Below, one piece after another: positions 9,107 through 18,595 of a stretch of DNA of 64,000 bases. Source of the stretch: an uncultured Gammaproteobacteria bacterium (GTDB lineage Bacteria; Patescibacteriota; Microgenomatia; JAMCZE01); NCBI GenBank assembly GCA_964576435.1, contig CAZNUP010000001.1:162345-226344 (forward strand). The letters run 5' to 3'. A model generated the notes under the pieces. That model worked only from the letters and a program-made list of their open reading frames with translations. It was not told where the DNA came from and made no database searches. Each line of letters starts with the position of its first letter. Within the stretch, counting starts at the first letter, position 1. The position numbers and the translations under genes are program-made.

Positions 9107-10441
9107 ATGAATCAAACCTTAAAAATTATTTTAATTGGTCTAGGAATCGGAGTAGTTGCATTTATAGGTCTCTTCTTAGTTGCCCGCTTTGTAAAGATTC
9201 ATAGAACTACCCAAGGTGCTGTTCAAGGAACACTAAGTGGAACTTTGGATTTGAATGGTTATGTCCCAGGAGGGGCCTATGCCAGAATCCAAGTCCGCAC
9301 TTTGCCAAATGGTAATTATGTGACAGCAGTTGACAGTCTTGCGGCAAGAGATGGTGCCAGTTGGTCATACCCAAATGCCACATCAGGTGAAACCTATCAA
9401 GTCCAAGCACAAATGGTTGTTAACAATAATGTAACAGACACTTCAAAAGCAGTAATCGCAGTTGCCCCTCAATCAAACATCGCCTTAGAAATTAACTCCA
9501 CCAGTCAACCAACTAGCCCTACAAGTTCTGTAATTTCAGGAACTATTAACCTCAATGGATTTATTCCATCAGGAAGCACAATTTCAATCTCTGCTCAAAA
9601 GCAAGGCACTTCAAGTTATCAAGTAGTAGCAAGTGGAATTCCAGCTAAAGACGGAGGAACCTGGACATGGAACAGTGCTGAAACTGGAACATCCTACAAT
9701 ATTAGAGGTGCCCTAGTTAGTAGTAGTGGAACAAATATTACTTTGTCATCTCCTGAAGTAATGACTGCTCCAGCAGCAGGGGAGTTGATCACAATTAACT
9801 CAACAGCCACTCCTCCAACACCAACTGCAGTTTCTGTTTCAGGAACTGTGACCTTTAATGGTAGTATGCCAAGTAATCCGACCTTTAGTCTTGGTGTTAG
9901 AAAATCAGGAACAACAGCCTTTAATAATGTAACTAGTGGTCAATCAGTAAGTCAGGGTATGTCTTGGACATATAACGCAGCAACTCCAGGAGTTTCTTAT
10001 GATATTCAAGGTTATCTGTGGAGTAATGGTCAACCCTATTCCCAGTCTCAAATCTTAACTCTAACCGCTCCAGCTAGCGGGGAAGTGCTAACAATCAATG
10101 CTCAAACTCAACCACAGGCACCCGGCTCTGGAACAATTAATGTTTCTTGTGGCAATCAACAAAACAATCTCTACCAAGTTACAGTTAACTTTAATACTCA
10201 AAACAATTTGCCAAACGCTCAGCAGTATCAAGTTGCCATTGGTTCAACAAGTGGAGCAAGTGATATGTTTAGTTCCACAGTTTCACCAAGTAATCCAAAT
10301 AGTTCTCAATCACTAACTACAAATTTCCTTTTCTCAAGAGCAGTCAACTATTATGCCCAGTATTCCTATTCCACCTGCCAAGGTGGTAACTGCAGTACTT
10401 TCTCACAACCATCTCCATCAGTCTCGTTTAACTGTCAATGA
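9107..10441 (+). CDS. secreted or membrane-anchored Ser/Thr-rich repeat protein (cell surface)
   Basis: 444 aa with an N-terminal TM anchor and three or four ~100-aa internal repeats, each starting SGT(L/I/V)xLNG(Y/F/S)(V/I/M)P and each containing a conserved Trp (SWSY / TWTW / SWTY). The C-terminus is Cys-containing. Confidence 0.5.
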   Translation: MNQTLKIILIGLGIGVVAFIGLFLVARFVKIHRTTQGAVQGTLSGTLDLNGYVPGGAYARIQVRTLPNGNYVTAVDSLAARDGASWSYPNATSGETYQVQAQMVVNNNVTDTSKAVIAVAPQSNIALEINSTSQPTSPTSSVISGTINLNGFIPSGSTISISAQKQGTSSYQVVASGIPAKDGGTWTWNSAETGTSYNIRGALVSSSGTNITLSSPEVMTAPAAGELITINSTATPPTPTAVSVSGTVTFNGSMPSNPTFSLGVRKSGTTAFNNVTSGQSVSQGMSWTYNAATPGVSYDIQGYLWSNGQPYSQSQILTLTAPASGEVLTINAQTQPQAPGSGTINVSCGNQQNNLYQVTVNFNTQNNLPNAQQYQVAIGSTSGASDMFSSTVSPSNPNSSQSLTTNFLFSRAVNYYAQYSYSTCQGGNCSTFSQPSPSVSFNCQ

Positions 10442-11214
10442 AAGAAAGAACCTATCTAATAATTGTAATTCTCCTAATTGTTGGTCTTATTGTTGTAGGA
10501 ACAATTTCCTTTTGGCCCACTTTTTGGCCACAGTCAACGCAAAATATGCCAGCTCAAACTGTAACTACAACTAATAAATCACTTAGTGATGCCAGTGCCT
10601 CGATTGGTTATGAAATAAAAGCCAGCTATCCAGAAGTCTCTGGGCTCGGAAATCAAACCACACAAGAAACAATTAATGCAGGGATTAGATCACTAGTAGA
10701 TAAACAAGTGAATGCATTTAAAACGGCTTTAAATACAAATCAACCAACCACAGAAGTTCCTGGAATTTCGGAGCTCGTTATTACAGATAAGGTGTCTTCC
10801 GCAAACAACAATGTAGTTTCAGTCTGGTTTAAGATTTTAGATTCACAGCCTGGCATGGCCCATCCAAATAACTACAACCTTGTCTATAATTATGATGTAC
10901 AAGCTGGAAAAGAGCTACAATTAGCAGATCTTTTTACTCCAGGCAGCAATTACGTTGAAACTCTTTCCAAGATTGCGAAAAAAAATCTTGAAGCAAAACC
11001 AGAACTTAAGACAATTGAAGGCCTCTCATTTTTTGTAAATGAAGGTGCAGGCCCAAAAGCAGAAAACTTTCAACTGTTCAATTTAAACAACAAAAGTTTG
11101 ATATTAATTTTTAATCCCGGAACCGTAGCCCCAGAATTTGCTAGTACTCAAACAGTTGAAATCCCCCTATCTGAGTTAAAAGATATTCTCTTCGCACCAC
11201 CAGTTACGCCCTAA
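10438..11214 (+). CDS. membrane-anchored extracytoplasmic protein, DUF3298/RsiV-C-like (tentative)
   Basis: 258 aa with an N-terminal TM helix. The layout resembles DUF4163/DUF3298 proteins, from memory only. The start overlaps the stop of the previous gene (ATGA). Confidence 0.3.
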   Translation: MKERTYLIIVILLIVGLIVVGTISFWPTFWPQSTQNMPAQTVTTTNKSLSDASASIGYEIKASYPEVSGLGNQTTQETINAGIRSLVDKQVNAFKTALNTNQPTTEVPGISELVITDKVSSANNNVVSVWFKILDSQPGMAHPNNYNLVYNYDVQAGKELQLADLFTPGSNYVETLSKIAKKNLEAKPELKTIEGLSFFVNEGAGPKAENFQLFNLNNKSLILIFNPGTVAPEFASTQTVEIPLSELKDILFAPPVTP

Positions 11215-11244
11215 TTAATTTCTGCTAAAATAGGCAAATGTCTC

Positions 11245-11328
11245 GGAGGAGTCGGATAGTGGACCATTCCGTTTGCTTGGAAAGCAAATGAGCGCAAGCT
11301 CGCGCGAGTTCGAATCTCGCCTCCTCCG
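11245..11328 (+). tRNA. tRNA-Ser(GGA), type II with long variable arm
   Basis: GGAGGAG...CTCCTCC acceptor, anticodon stem TTTGC/GCAAA with loop TTGGAAA, variable arm TGAGCGCAAGCTCGC, T-arm GCGAG-TTCGAAT-CTCGC, discriminator G. Confidence 0.8.
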
Positions 11329-11343
11329 CCCCAACAACATGAT

Positions 11344-11817
11344 ATGAGAACAGAGTTGAAGAATAAATTAATATTAGCAATACAAAACGGGGCAACAGAT
11401 GAACCTAATGTCGTATATGTTCTGTCCAGAATTAGGAAAATTTTCGAACTCGATCCCGCATTACGAAAACAGCACAAGGTACTAAATGTCTATTGTAACT
11501 GGTCACTTCATGCAAGTATCGATCGAACAGAAGATGTTAAAGAAATACTTGAAGAATTTATTGAAAAAGCCGAATTAAGACACCATTTTGTATATCTTGA
11601 AGCTTTTAAAAGCGATTTCATAATATTCGCTAAAAACACATTAACTATAGACCTCAACGAAGACTATCTGGATAGATTTGGGAAATCTCTTATTGAGATA
11701 ATAGCTGACACTCCTATTTCTTATATTGAGTCAAGGAAAACTACCATTGTCATCAATCCATCAGAGTTACCACGACGGTCGGACCAAATAACATATAAAA
11801 TAATTCCAGAGACATAG
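11344..11817 (+). CDS. hypothetical protein
   Basis: 157-aa ORF with no recognised motif. Confidence 0.3.
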   Translation: MRTELKNKLILAIQNGATDEPNVVYVLSRIRKIFELDPALRKQHKVLNVYCNWSLHASIDRTEDVKEILEEFIEKAELRHHFVYLEAFKSDFIIFAKNTLTIDLNEDYLDRFGKSLIEIIADTPISYIESRKTTIVINPSELPRRSDQITYKIIPET

Positions 11818-11882
11818 TCTAAAGTTATAAGGATGCTGGGGTTCCAGACTCAGCTGCTCCGCACTGTATAATTTATCCAATT

Positions 11883-12401
11883 GTGATAGAAACACACCCA
11901 TTCGGAATCTTTATACCTAAAAATCCTAAGTATTTGCTCCTGGGTAGTTTTACAACTAAAGAAGCTAATTTCGACCCAAGCTATGATTGGTTTTACGGTA
12001 CCGGTAGAAATCAATTCTGGAAAATATTAAGAATTGTGTACAACCTTCCCTTAGAAAACAAACAACACAAGCAAGAACTCTTTTCTAATCTCCATATGGC
12101 TTTAGGAGATATTATTCAAAGCTGTGAAAGACTTAAAAACAGTAATCTTGACGTTAATTTAGTAAACATTGTCTACAACTTGGGTGGGGTAGAGGATCTT
12201 CTGAAAAATAATAAAATTGAAACTGTCTTCTTTTCAAGTAAATTCGTCGAAAGTTCATTTCGTCGTAAGTTCAAATACTTAGTAGAAGCCTATCCAGAAA
12301 TGAAGCTTATAGCCCTCCCATCTCCCTCTCCTCGCTTTGCCTCCATGAATTTTGATGAAAAAGTAAATCGTTATAAGTCCTTGCTTCCGAAACTGGTTTA
12401 G
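11883..12401 (+). CDS. uracil-DNA glycosylase superfamily protein, family-6 hypoxanthine-DNA glycosylase-like
   Basis: LLLGSFTTKEANFDPSYDWFYGTGRNQFWKIL matches the LILGTFPS...YYGHPRNRFWKVL signature of hypoxanthine-DNA glycosylases, and the downstream ALGDIIQSCER resembles ALWDVIxSCxR. This is recalled, not searched. Confidence 0.5.
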   Translation: MIETHPFGIFIPKNPKYLLLGSFTTKEANFDPSYDWFYGTGRNQFWKILRIVYNLPLENKQHKQELFSNLHMALGDIIQSCERLKNSNLDVNLVNIVYNLGGVEDLLKNNKIETVFFSSKFVESSFRRKFKYLVEAYPEMKLIALPSPSPRFASMNFDEKVNRYKSLLPKLV

Positions 12402-12427
12402 GTAAACTTATGTGAGAAAGCGGGGAT

Positions 12428-12616
12428 ATGACCCAAAAAGAACTGCAGCAAGCCTTTGGTAAGTTTCAGAAGATATTTTTCTCAATACTTTTTGCATTTA
12501 TTGGTATTCTTTTAGTATTTTCTGGATTAGGTTTAATTTCCATTTCTCCTGTCTTAGTACTCTATTCCGGTATTTTCTTCCTCATTTTTGCACTTGCCTT
12601 CTACTTCCTTCTTTGA
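12428..12616 (+). CDS. small hydrophobic membrane protein
   Basis: 62 aa with two predicted TM helices. Confidence 0.3.
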   Translation: MTQKELQQAFGKFQKIFFSILFAFIGILLVFSGLGLISISPVLVLYSGIFFLIFALAFYFLL

Positions 12617-12651
12617 TTAAATAAGACAAATCGAAGTAGTCTGAGAGTCTC

Positions 12652-13149
12652 ATGTTAATAAATCTTTTCATTTGGGCTTTTGCATCTCTGGTTTTTTCCT
12701 CACAAACCGCACCTGTTTACGCCTCAGAAATTTCAGAAAAGAAAGAAATAGAACTTCCAATTAAAGTTGAACTCATTGAACCTGTAAAACTTTCAAGTGA
12801 ACTGACGGGAGTTAAATTTGTCTCACTTGAACTTAAAAAAGCAGCTAAAGTCTTAAGCGCCTCAATTGATGTGGAAGCCCTTCTAAGTAAGTATAGCTCT
12901 GAGTATGGTATAGATAAAAACTTACTTTCAAAGATTGCTAACTGTGAATCTCATTACCACACAACCTCAGTAAACGGTGACTACGGTGGAATGTTCCAGT
13001 TCTCAACAGGAACCTGGATTGGAACCAGAAATCAAATGGGACTAGATTCTAATCCCGAGTTAAGGTTTAGTGGAGAAGAGGCAATTAGAACTGCTGCATT
13101 TAAGATTTCCCGTGGTGGAGTTTCTGCTTGGGCAAACTGTGCTAAATAA
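12652..13149 (+). CDS. secreted transglycosylase-like domain protein (Rpf/SLT-like)
   Basis: Signal peptide followed by C-terminal CESHYHTTSVNGDYGGMFQFSTGTWIGT...GGVSAWANC, the transglycosylase-like GxFQF pattern with flanking Cys. Confidence 0.5.
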   Translation: MLINLFIWAFASLVFSSQTAPVYASEISEKKEIELPIKVELIEPVKLSSELTGVKFVSLELKKAAKVLSASIDVEALLSKYSSEYGIDKNLLSKIANCESHYHTTSVNGDYGGMFQFSTGTWIGTRNQMGLDSNPELRFSGEEAIRTAAFKISRGGVSAWANCAK

Positions 13150-13222
13150 GAACTAAACAAGCAAGAAGTTAATAAGTAAGGTAACTAAATAATTAATCAA
13201 CTAAACAAATTAAATAACAACT

Positions 13223-13255
13223 AAAAAACCCTGTCTTTTGACAGGGTTTTTATTT
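13223..13255. terminator. bidirectional rho-independent terminator
   Basis: AAAAAACCCTGTC-TTTT-GACAGGGTTTTTATTT, flanked by an A-run and a T-run. It lies between convergent genes ending at 13149 (+) and 13273 (-). Confidence 0.65.
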
Positions 13256-13272
13256 AACTCCTTGAATCTATT

Positions 13273-13773
13273 TTATCTTGTGACCTCAATTGTAGCAGCC
13301 ACCTGAGGTACTGCTGACACTGTCACTCTTGGTGTTCCAGATCCAGTTGCTACTGAAACTGTATACCCACTGCCATAACTTGTGCAGCTAACATAAGTTC
13401 CTGTTGAAGGATCTTTTGGTAACTGGGCAATAAAGGTTGGCACCAAATCTTCACAGAACGCTACTCCGGTGTCAGTTGCACCAGTTGTAGAAACTACTGC
13501 GTAAGATGTTCCACCTGTAAGCCTTGTGGATGCTCCACTTGCTCCAACGTGTGGAAGGTTTCCACCATTCTCCGCCGCATACTGGTGAATGGAATTAAGG
13601 ATAGCGTTAACATCGCTCTTCCTTTGTGTGTCATTGGCTTGTGCGAACTGTCTCGCCGGGTTAATGGCGATAAGAACAATAGCTAACAGAACTGCAAGGA
13701 TGCCAATAACAACCAAGAGTTCAATGAGGGTGAAACCTCTTCGAAGAAAATGGGCAGTTTTCATAGATTTCAA
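13273..13773 (-). CDS. type IV pilin (prepilin-type N-terminal cleavage/methylation domain), probable major pilin
   Basis: The N-terminus MKSMKTAHFLRRGFTLIELLVVIGILAVLLAIVL has the G|FTLIE class III signal. The protein is 166 aa with a C-terminal Cys pair. Confidence 0.8.
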   Translation of the reverse strand: MKSMKTAHFLRRGFTLIELLVVIGILAVLLAIVLIAINPARQFAQANDTQRKSDVNAILNSIHQYAAENGGNLPHVGASGASTRLTGGTSYAVVSTTGATDTGVAFCEDLVPTFIAQLPKDPSTGTYVSCTSYGSGYTVSVATGSGTPRVTVSAVPQVAATIEVTR

Positions 13774-13831
13774 AGGAAATTAACTAACAATATATTCAGA
13801 ATAGACCACATGAAAAGCACTTGTCAAGTAT

Positions 13832-14914
13832 CTAGTTTGGGTTTGTGAGTGTTATAACGGCATCGAAGCTGGTATTTGGTTCTTCTCTGGTTGCAGGATT
13901 TGGATAACTTCCGCTAAGCGAGCTGATAATTGCCTGCCTAACTTCACTTGAAAGACTGGGAGAAAAAACAATTTGAATTCTCGGGCTATTAACTACACTA
14001 GAATTACCGGCTGTTATATTCTTAAATCCCGCACTTGTTAAATTTTGTCTTGACGTTTCTAACGCACCAGCTTGTCCGCTCCCATTTAAAATTTGAATTT
14101 TTACACTATCAAATAAAGCACTTGGCGACGCCGTTTCAGTAGGAGCCACACTAGGTATTTCGGTTGGTGTAGGCACTTCACTAACTACAGTTTCAGTTGG
14201 AGCTGGTGTCGGTGTCAGTGTTTGAGCAGGTTTGTCAGGGAATAAGAAAGATTTAGCAACCACACCTCCCAGAACTAGGACCAAAAGCGTAAGAACTAGT
14301 AAAAGCCAAAGTAGTTTTCTATTCTTTCTAGGATCTGAACTAACATTGTTTTCTGCCTGAATTGCTTGTTCTGGGTCAAATATTAAACTATTTTGCCTAA
14401 CAAGTGCACTCTTCCTGAGAATGTCCTCTCCGATCCCTGTTGAGAACTGTCCAGCTGGTAGTCCCAGTGTCACACTGGGTGTAACGGAAGCAACAGGATA
14501 TCCATTTCTCTCAAGTATTTCCTGTACTCCCTCATAAAGTTCCCTATTAATAATAATTACAATAAGGTCGCGCCCATTTTGCAAACTAGTCCATCCAACA
14601 TGGTTAAATGGTGCCATCTTAATGGCTTCGTCGATCTTTTCCTTAGCCATTTGTTTATTTGTATCTGGAATTCTTTCCGGAAGAACTGTACTCTCCCCAA
14701 GAATTACAAACACCGGATCTCCCGAAGGGATTTTTATTTGTAAAAGTAGGGGAATGATAATTTTCTCAAGGTCAGCAACCTTTTTAATTTCTAAATCCTT
14801 AATTACCGTGTCAGGGATGGGAGCTTCAACAATATTTTTAATTGCTGGATGAAATATTTTTATCTTGTCGCGCTCAAGAACAAGAACCCAATGTTGGACA
14901 GGATTTTTAGCCAT
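13832..14914 (-). CDS. bitopic membrane protein with C-terminal LytR_C-like domain (pilus-locus associated)
   Basis: 360 aa: a ~200-aa cytoplasmic N-domain, a TM helix LLWLLLVLTLLVLVLGGVVA, a Thr/Pro linker, and a C-terminal SVKIQILNGSGQAGALETSRQNLTSAGFKNITAGNS...RIQIVFSP resembling the LytR_C (PF13399) pattern. Confidence 0.4.
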   Translation of the reverse strand: MAKNPVQHWVLVLERDKIKIFHPAIKNIVEAPIPDTVIKDLEIKKVADLEKIIIPLLLQIKIPSGDPVFVILGESTVLPERIPDTNKQMAKEKIDEAIKMAPFNHVGWTSLQNGRDLIVIIINRELYEGVQEILERNGYPVASVTPSVTLGLPAGQFSTGIGEDILRKSALVRQNSLIFDPEQAIQAENNVSSDPRKNRKLLWLLLVLTLLVLVLGGVVAKSFLFPDKPAQTLTPTPAPTETVVSEVPTPTEIPSVAPTETASPSALFDSVKIQILNGSGQAGALETSRQNLTSAGFKNITAGNSSVVNSPRIQIVFSPSLSSEVRQAIISSLSGSYPNPATREEPNTSFDAVITLTNPN

Positions 14915-14917
14915 AGT

Positions 14918-15292
14918 TTAAAGCTCTTTCCAAGAGTTAATTGTGAATACATTATTGTTGAAACTACCTCGCACTTCAATAACCCGTCTAAAAGTTCCAA
15001 TCGTCCCAACAGATTTAATTACTGGATTAGTGGTCCCACTTGTAACAGTAATTTGGGCCGATCCTGATCCAACTGGTAAAGTCTCTCCGACATAATTGTG
15101 GTTTCTAATTGTCCGAAGGATTCCGTTTTCAGCGCCACTCTCAGCAATAGCCAGTGCCACATCACCCTGGTTAAATTTTGTAGCTCCTGTGTAATTAACA
15201 ATTGTAATTGTTGTTACAGCAGAAACCACAACAATTGTAATTGCTAAAAAAATCACCAATAAAACCAATGTCTGCCCGCTATTCTTTTTCAT
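14918..15292 (-). CDS. pilin-like protein (minor pilin candidate)
   Basis: 124 aa with N-terminal MKKNSGQTLVLLVIFLAITIV. There is a hydrophobic N-helix but no canonical Glu at +5. It lies in a pilin operon. Confidence 0.35.
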   Translation of the reverse strand: MKKNSGQTLVLLVIFLAITIVVVSAVTTITIVNYTGATKFNQGDVALAIAESGAENGILRTIRNHNYVGETLPVGSGSAQITVTSGTTNPVIKSVGTIGTFRRVIEVRGSFNNNVFTINSWKEL

Positions 15293-15771
15293 CTAAGTCC
15301 AATTGTTGTTTGGTAATCTCTAACCTCGTATCCTGATTTCAAAGCTTGCCTACTTGTTAGGGTGAAACTAATTGCTAAACTGTTTTTTCCTCCACTAGTT
15401 CCAAGTCTTCTAAAACTCAAGTTTGAAATTTGACTTCCATAGCTTGTTAAATTGTCACTGCCACTCGCATTTGTAACTACAAGATCCCCACTCGTCCCGC
15501 TATAAGAGTTAGAATCCCCATCAATTGTCAGTTGGAGAGTTGGCGAACTTTGCCCAAGTGTAGAAGGTGTTGAAATTGTTGTTGCGTTTCTTATGTCATA
15601 CGACAACTTTGATAAAACGTATTTTCCATCTTGAGCGACCGATGACACCGCAGTTGACTGACTTTGTAGATCTAAGATAGATAAAAAAATCTCCGTAACT
15701 ACCGCAATTAGAATTGACAGTAGTCCCATATAAATTAAAAGTTCGACAATTGTGAAGCCTTTCTTTTTCAT
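15289..15771 (-). CDS. prepilin-type minor pilin
   Basis: MKKKGFTIVELLIYMGLLSILIAV carries the G|FTIVE motif. 160 aa. Confidence 0.7.
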   Translation of the reverse strand: MKKKGFTIVELLIYMGLLSILIAVVTEIFLSILDLQSQSTAVSSVAQDGKYVLSKLSYDIRNATTISTPSTLGQSSPTLQLTIDGDSNSYSGTSGDLVVTNASGSDNLTSYGSQISNLSFRRLGTSGGKNSLAISFTLTSRQALKSGYEVRDYQTTIGLR

Positions 15772-18173
15772 GGGGAGTAATTTGTTACAACATCAGACAC
15801 TCTTGGAGTAGTGTTGTAATCAGTTGTTGATAAATAAAATTTATATTTAAAGCACTGTGTAGAATTGTATGGAATTGTTCCTGAAATTGACGCACTAAGT
15901 GGGTCATAAAATGTCCCACTAGTTCCATCAGGTCCAACATAATTGTAAGTAGCTCCAATACAACTTCCAGACACCATTGGACTAGTTGCCACCTGTGCTC
16001 TAACCCCTGTGTTAGATGGAATAGTCACACTACTCGTAAAATTATTAAATGCAGTTGGATAGTTAGATACACAAGCCGCTGATTCATAAGTCCCTTCGGC
16101 TGCATAAGTTCCATCAGGCCCTCCTTGAATAATCTTAAGTTCCTTGTCGTTTGTGTTAGCAACCATATAAACAAACGTGTCAAAATCCGCTTCAGTAACC
16201 GATGTTAGGTCATTAAATCCTTGATCAAAATCAATTCCTCCGCAATAACTTGGAGACGACTCACTGCTTAAATTCAAAACTTGATAATCTTTTGGGTTGG
16301 TTCCGTCGCTTGGTTTCCCGTCTTTTCCAACAAGAACCACTCGTTGTCCATTGAGAACTGTAAGCGACCTTCTAGGAAACATCTGAATGTTTGTTGAGTC
16401 GCCATCATAGTATCCACTCGTTGCACCACTAGATGGTGTTCCAGACAAGAATGCTGGTGAACTTTTGTTTGTTGTGTTAACCACATAAAACTGTCTACTA
16501 TCGGGTTGTCCATTATTGTTGTTATCAACCCCGCCATTTGAAGAAATATAAGCTCTTGTTCCAGTTGTATTTGCATATACTGAATTTGCTGCCTCAACAG
16601 TGTTACTGGTTGAGTTGAAATCAAGTGAGCCTGTCATTTTCCAATTGGCGGCCCCACCAGAAATTCTTCCACAACTACTGCCAGTCAAGGCAGTTCCTGA
16701 AGTGGGCGGAGTATTTACGTTGGCAATGTTAAGTTCCGGATCAGTTCCAGCTCCAACAGCCACATAGACATATTTTTTTCCATCAGAAGCAATTAAGGGA
16801 TAAATATCATTATCAGCATATAGTTCAACGTTTCCTCCATCAATACATTGGTTGCTGGACGATTGTTGGTCCCCCCAGCTAGTTCCAGTCTGACCACTAT
16901 TATATTTTTTATTTATTCCAGTTCCCGGTTTACAGTCATATCCACTAAGTTCAATTCGACATCCAACCATTGGGAGGCTTGTACTGGTTGTCGCCGAATC
17001 TATATTTGTTAAATCAAATGCATAAAGATACCCACCAGACGTAACATATCCAGTGTTTCCAAGTGTTGCTACAGAAATTCCTCCATAGTCATATGGTGCT
17101 TGGTCCTGATTGGGGGTAGAAGAGTTATTTCCTTGATAAATTCGAGTGTTAAAAAAAGCCCAATATTTATATATTTTATTTGTCGGATCTTGATACGTGT
17201 CATTTGTTCCATTTGTTAGTCTAATTGCAATTACCTCTCGATCTGGTTTCGTTGTAGTCAAAAGTCCATATAAATTTCCGGCAGATGATCTATAGTAAGC
17301 AACCCCATTAGTTGCAAAGCTATTGTCTAATCCAATTCCACTAGGAACTAAAGAAGGCGAGCTATAGGCACTCGGGTCAAGTGTAAAAATTCCTTTAAGA
17401 GTTGGAACTGGCGGGTCAGTATTGGCTGTTACTGTGACATATGCAAGTTTTCCAGAACTTGTTGCATAAGGTGCAATTGCTACAAAAACTTCATTGGGTG
17501 TGCTTGTTGAAATAGCACTTGATGTAGCAGCAACTGCAACAGGTGGTCCGTCGGGTAAATCAATAGTGGCACTTGATAAAGAAGGGGAGCACCACTTAGC
17601 TTTTGTATTTGGCCCCAATGTAACATCGCCCCCACCAGTTGTAGTTGACTCAGTGTTAACAAATGTTCCTTCATCAAAATCTGCCTTTGTGGTATCTGAA
17701 CAAGATAAGTTGTCTAAGTATCTTGTCATATAGGTTGTAGAACTAACTGAGTTTGCAATTGGGGAGTTCCAAGATACTGTTGTTACTACTTTTTTTGTTG
17801 AAGGGTCAACAGTTCCAGAGCTTGCAATAACCCCATTGCTATCCCTATAAACATCCGAAATTACTACACTAGTCGTAAGTCCTGCTGATGTTGAAGCTCC
17901 AGAAACTAGTCCCCAAGCTGATGCGGAAACTCTTGGATAGTAAGTGCCATTGGCTGAAAAACTATTCCATCCTGCTTCCCGGACCTGACGAAGTGCCTCC
18001 TCGGTTTCTCTAAGTTTTGAAACCGCTTGAACTCTTGTTTCTTCTTGAACTTTTCCTCTCCCTGAATAAATTATTCCAGTAGCAAGTGCGGGCAAAAAAA
18101 TTGCCAACACTCCAATAGCAATTAAAAGTTCAATTAAACTGGCACCTCTTTTAGTTGACATTTGTAATAACAC
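15768..18173 (-). CDS. giant prepilin-type protein (801 aa; putative pilus tip/adhesin or PilY/PilV-like minor pilin)
   Basis: N-terminal KRGASLIELLIAIGVLAIFLPAL matches the prepilin cleavage motif. The remainder is a long Ser/Thr/Gly/Asn-rich extracellular region with scattered Cys pairs. Confidence 0.6.
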   Translation of the reverse strand: MLLQMSTKRGASLIELLIAIGVLAIFLPALATGIIYSGRGKVQEETRVQAVSKLRETEEALRQVREAGWNSFSANGTYYPRVSASAWGLVSGASTSAGLTTSVVISDVYRDSNGVIASSGTVDPSTKKVVTTVSWNSPIANSVSSTTYMTRYLDNLSCSDTTKADFDEGTFVNTESTTTGGGDVTLGPNTKAKWCSPSLSSATIDLPDGPPVAVAATSSAISTSTPNEVFVAIAPYATSSGKLAYVTVTANTDPPVPTLKGIFTLDPSAYSSPSLVPSGIGLDNSFATNGVAYYRSSAGNLYGLLTTTKPDREVIAIRLTNGTNDTYQDPTNKIYKYWAFFNTRIYQGNNSSTPNQDQAPYDYGGISVATLGNTGYVTSGGYLYAFDLTNIDSATTSTSLPMVGCRIELSGYDCKPGTGINKKYNSGQTGTSWGDQQSSSNQCIDGGNVELYADNDIYPLIASDGKKYVYVAVGAGTDPELNIANVNTPPTSGTALTGSSCGRISGGAANWKMTGSLDFNSTSNTVEAANSVYANTTGTRAYISSNGGVDNNNNGQPDSRQFYVVNTTNKSSPAFLSGTPSSGATSGYYDGDSTNIQMFPRRSLTVLNGQRVVLVGKDGKPSDGTNPKDYQVLNLSSESSPSYCGGIDFDQGFNDLTSVTEADFDTFVYMVANTNDKELKIIQGGPDGTYAAEGTYESAACVSNYPTAFNNFTSSVTIPSNTGVRAQVATSPMVSGSCIGATYNYVGPDGTSGTFYDPLSASISGTIPYNSTQCFKYKFYLSTTDYNTTPRVSDVVTNYSP

Positions 18174-18594
18174 CGTATTTATTTATAGTAATCGTTTTGG
18201 TAGCTGTGTTGGCCCACTGAAGTGTGACCGTATTTCCTGTTGCAGAATAGTTAATAACGCTTCCAGAGGCAGTTGCAAAACTAATTGCTTGACTTGGAAA
18301 AGCTACACTTGAAAACCTAGTATTAGCTGGTAAGCTAACCACAAATCCCTCAGGTATTAATGTATAGCTAGTTGTTCCAAAAGCAACGCCTGATGGAGTG
18401 GCGTTAACTCCATCGTTTTCCCCAGTCATTGATTTAAGTTGTTGTGACCTAAGGTCAGTAATTAATGTATTTGTAGCAGACGTCAAGGATGTTGCACCCT
18501 GAGGTTGAAGTACATTAATATAAACAAAAGATAATAAAATCCCAGTTATAGCGGCAGTTACTAAAACCTCGATCAGTGTGAAGCCATTTTTCAT
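18151..18594 (-). CDS. prepilin-type pilin
   Basis: MKNGFTLIEVLVTAAITGILLSF carries G|FTLIEV. 147 aa. Confidence 0.75.
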   Translation of the reverse strand: MKNGFTLIEVLVTAAITGILLSFVYINVLQPQGATSLTSATNTLITDLRSQQLKSMTGENDGVNATPSGVAFGTTSYTLIPEGFVVSLPANTRFSSVAFPSQAISFATASGSVINYSATGNTVTLQWANTATKTITINKYGVITNVN

Positions 18595-18595
18595 T

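Noticed and set aside
11211-11477. 88-aa minus-strand ORF in the six-frame track
   Set aside because: It lies antisense across tRNA-Ser(GGA) and the start of the next gene, has a low-complexity Gly/Cys run, and is almost certainly not coding.
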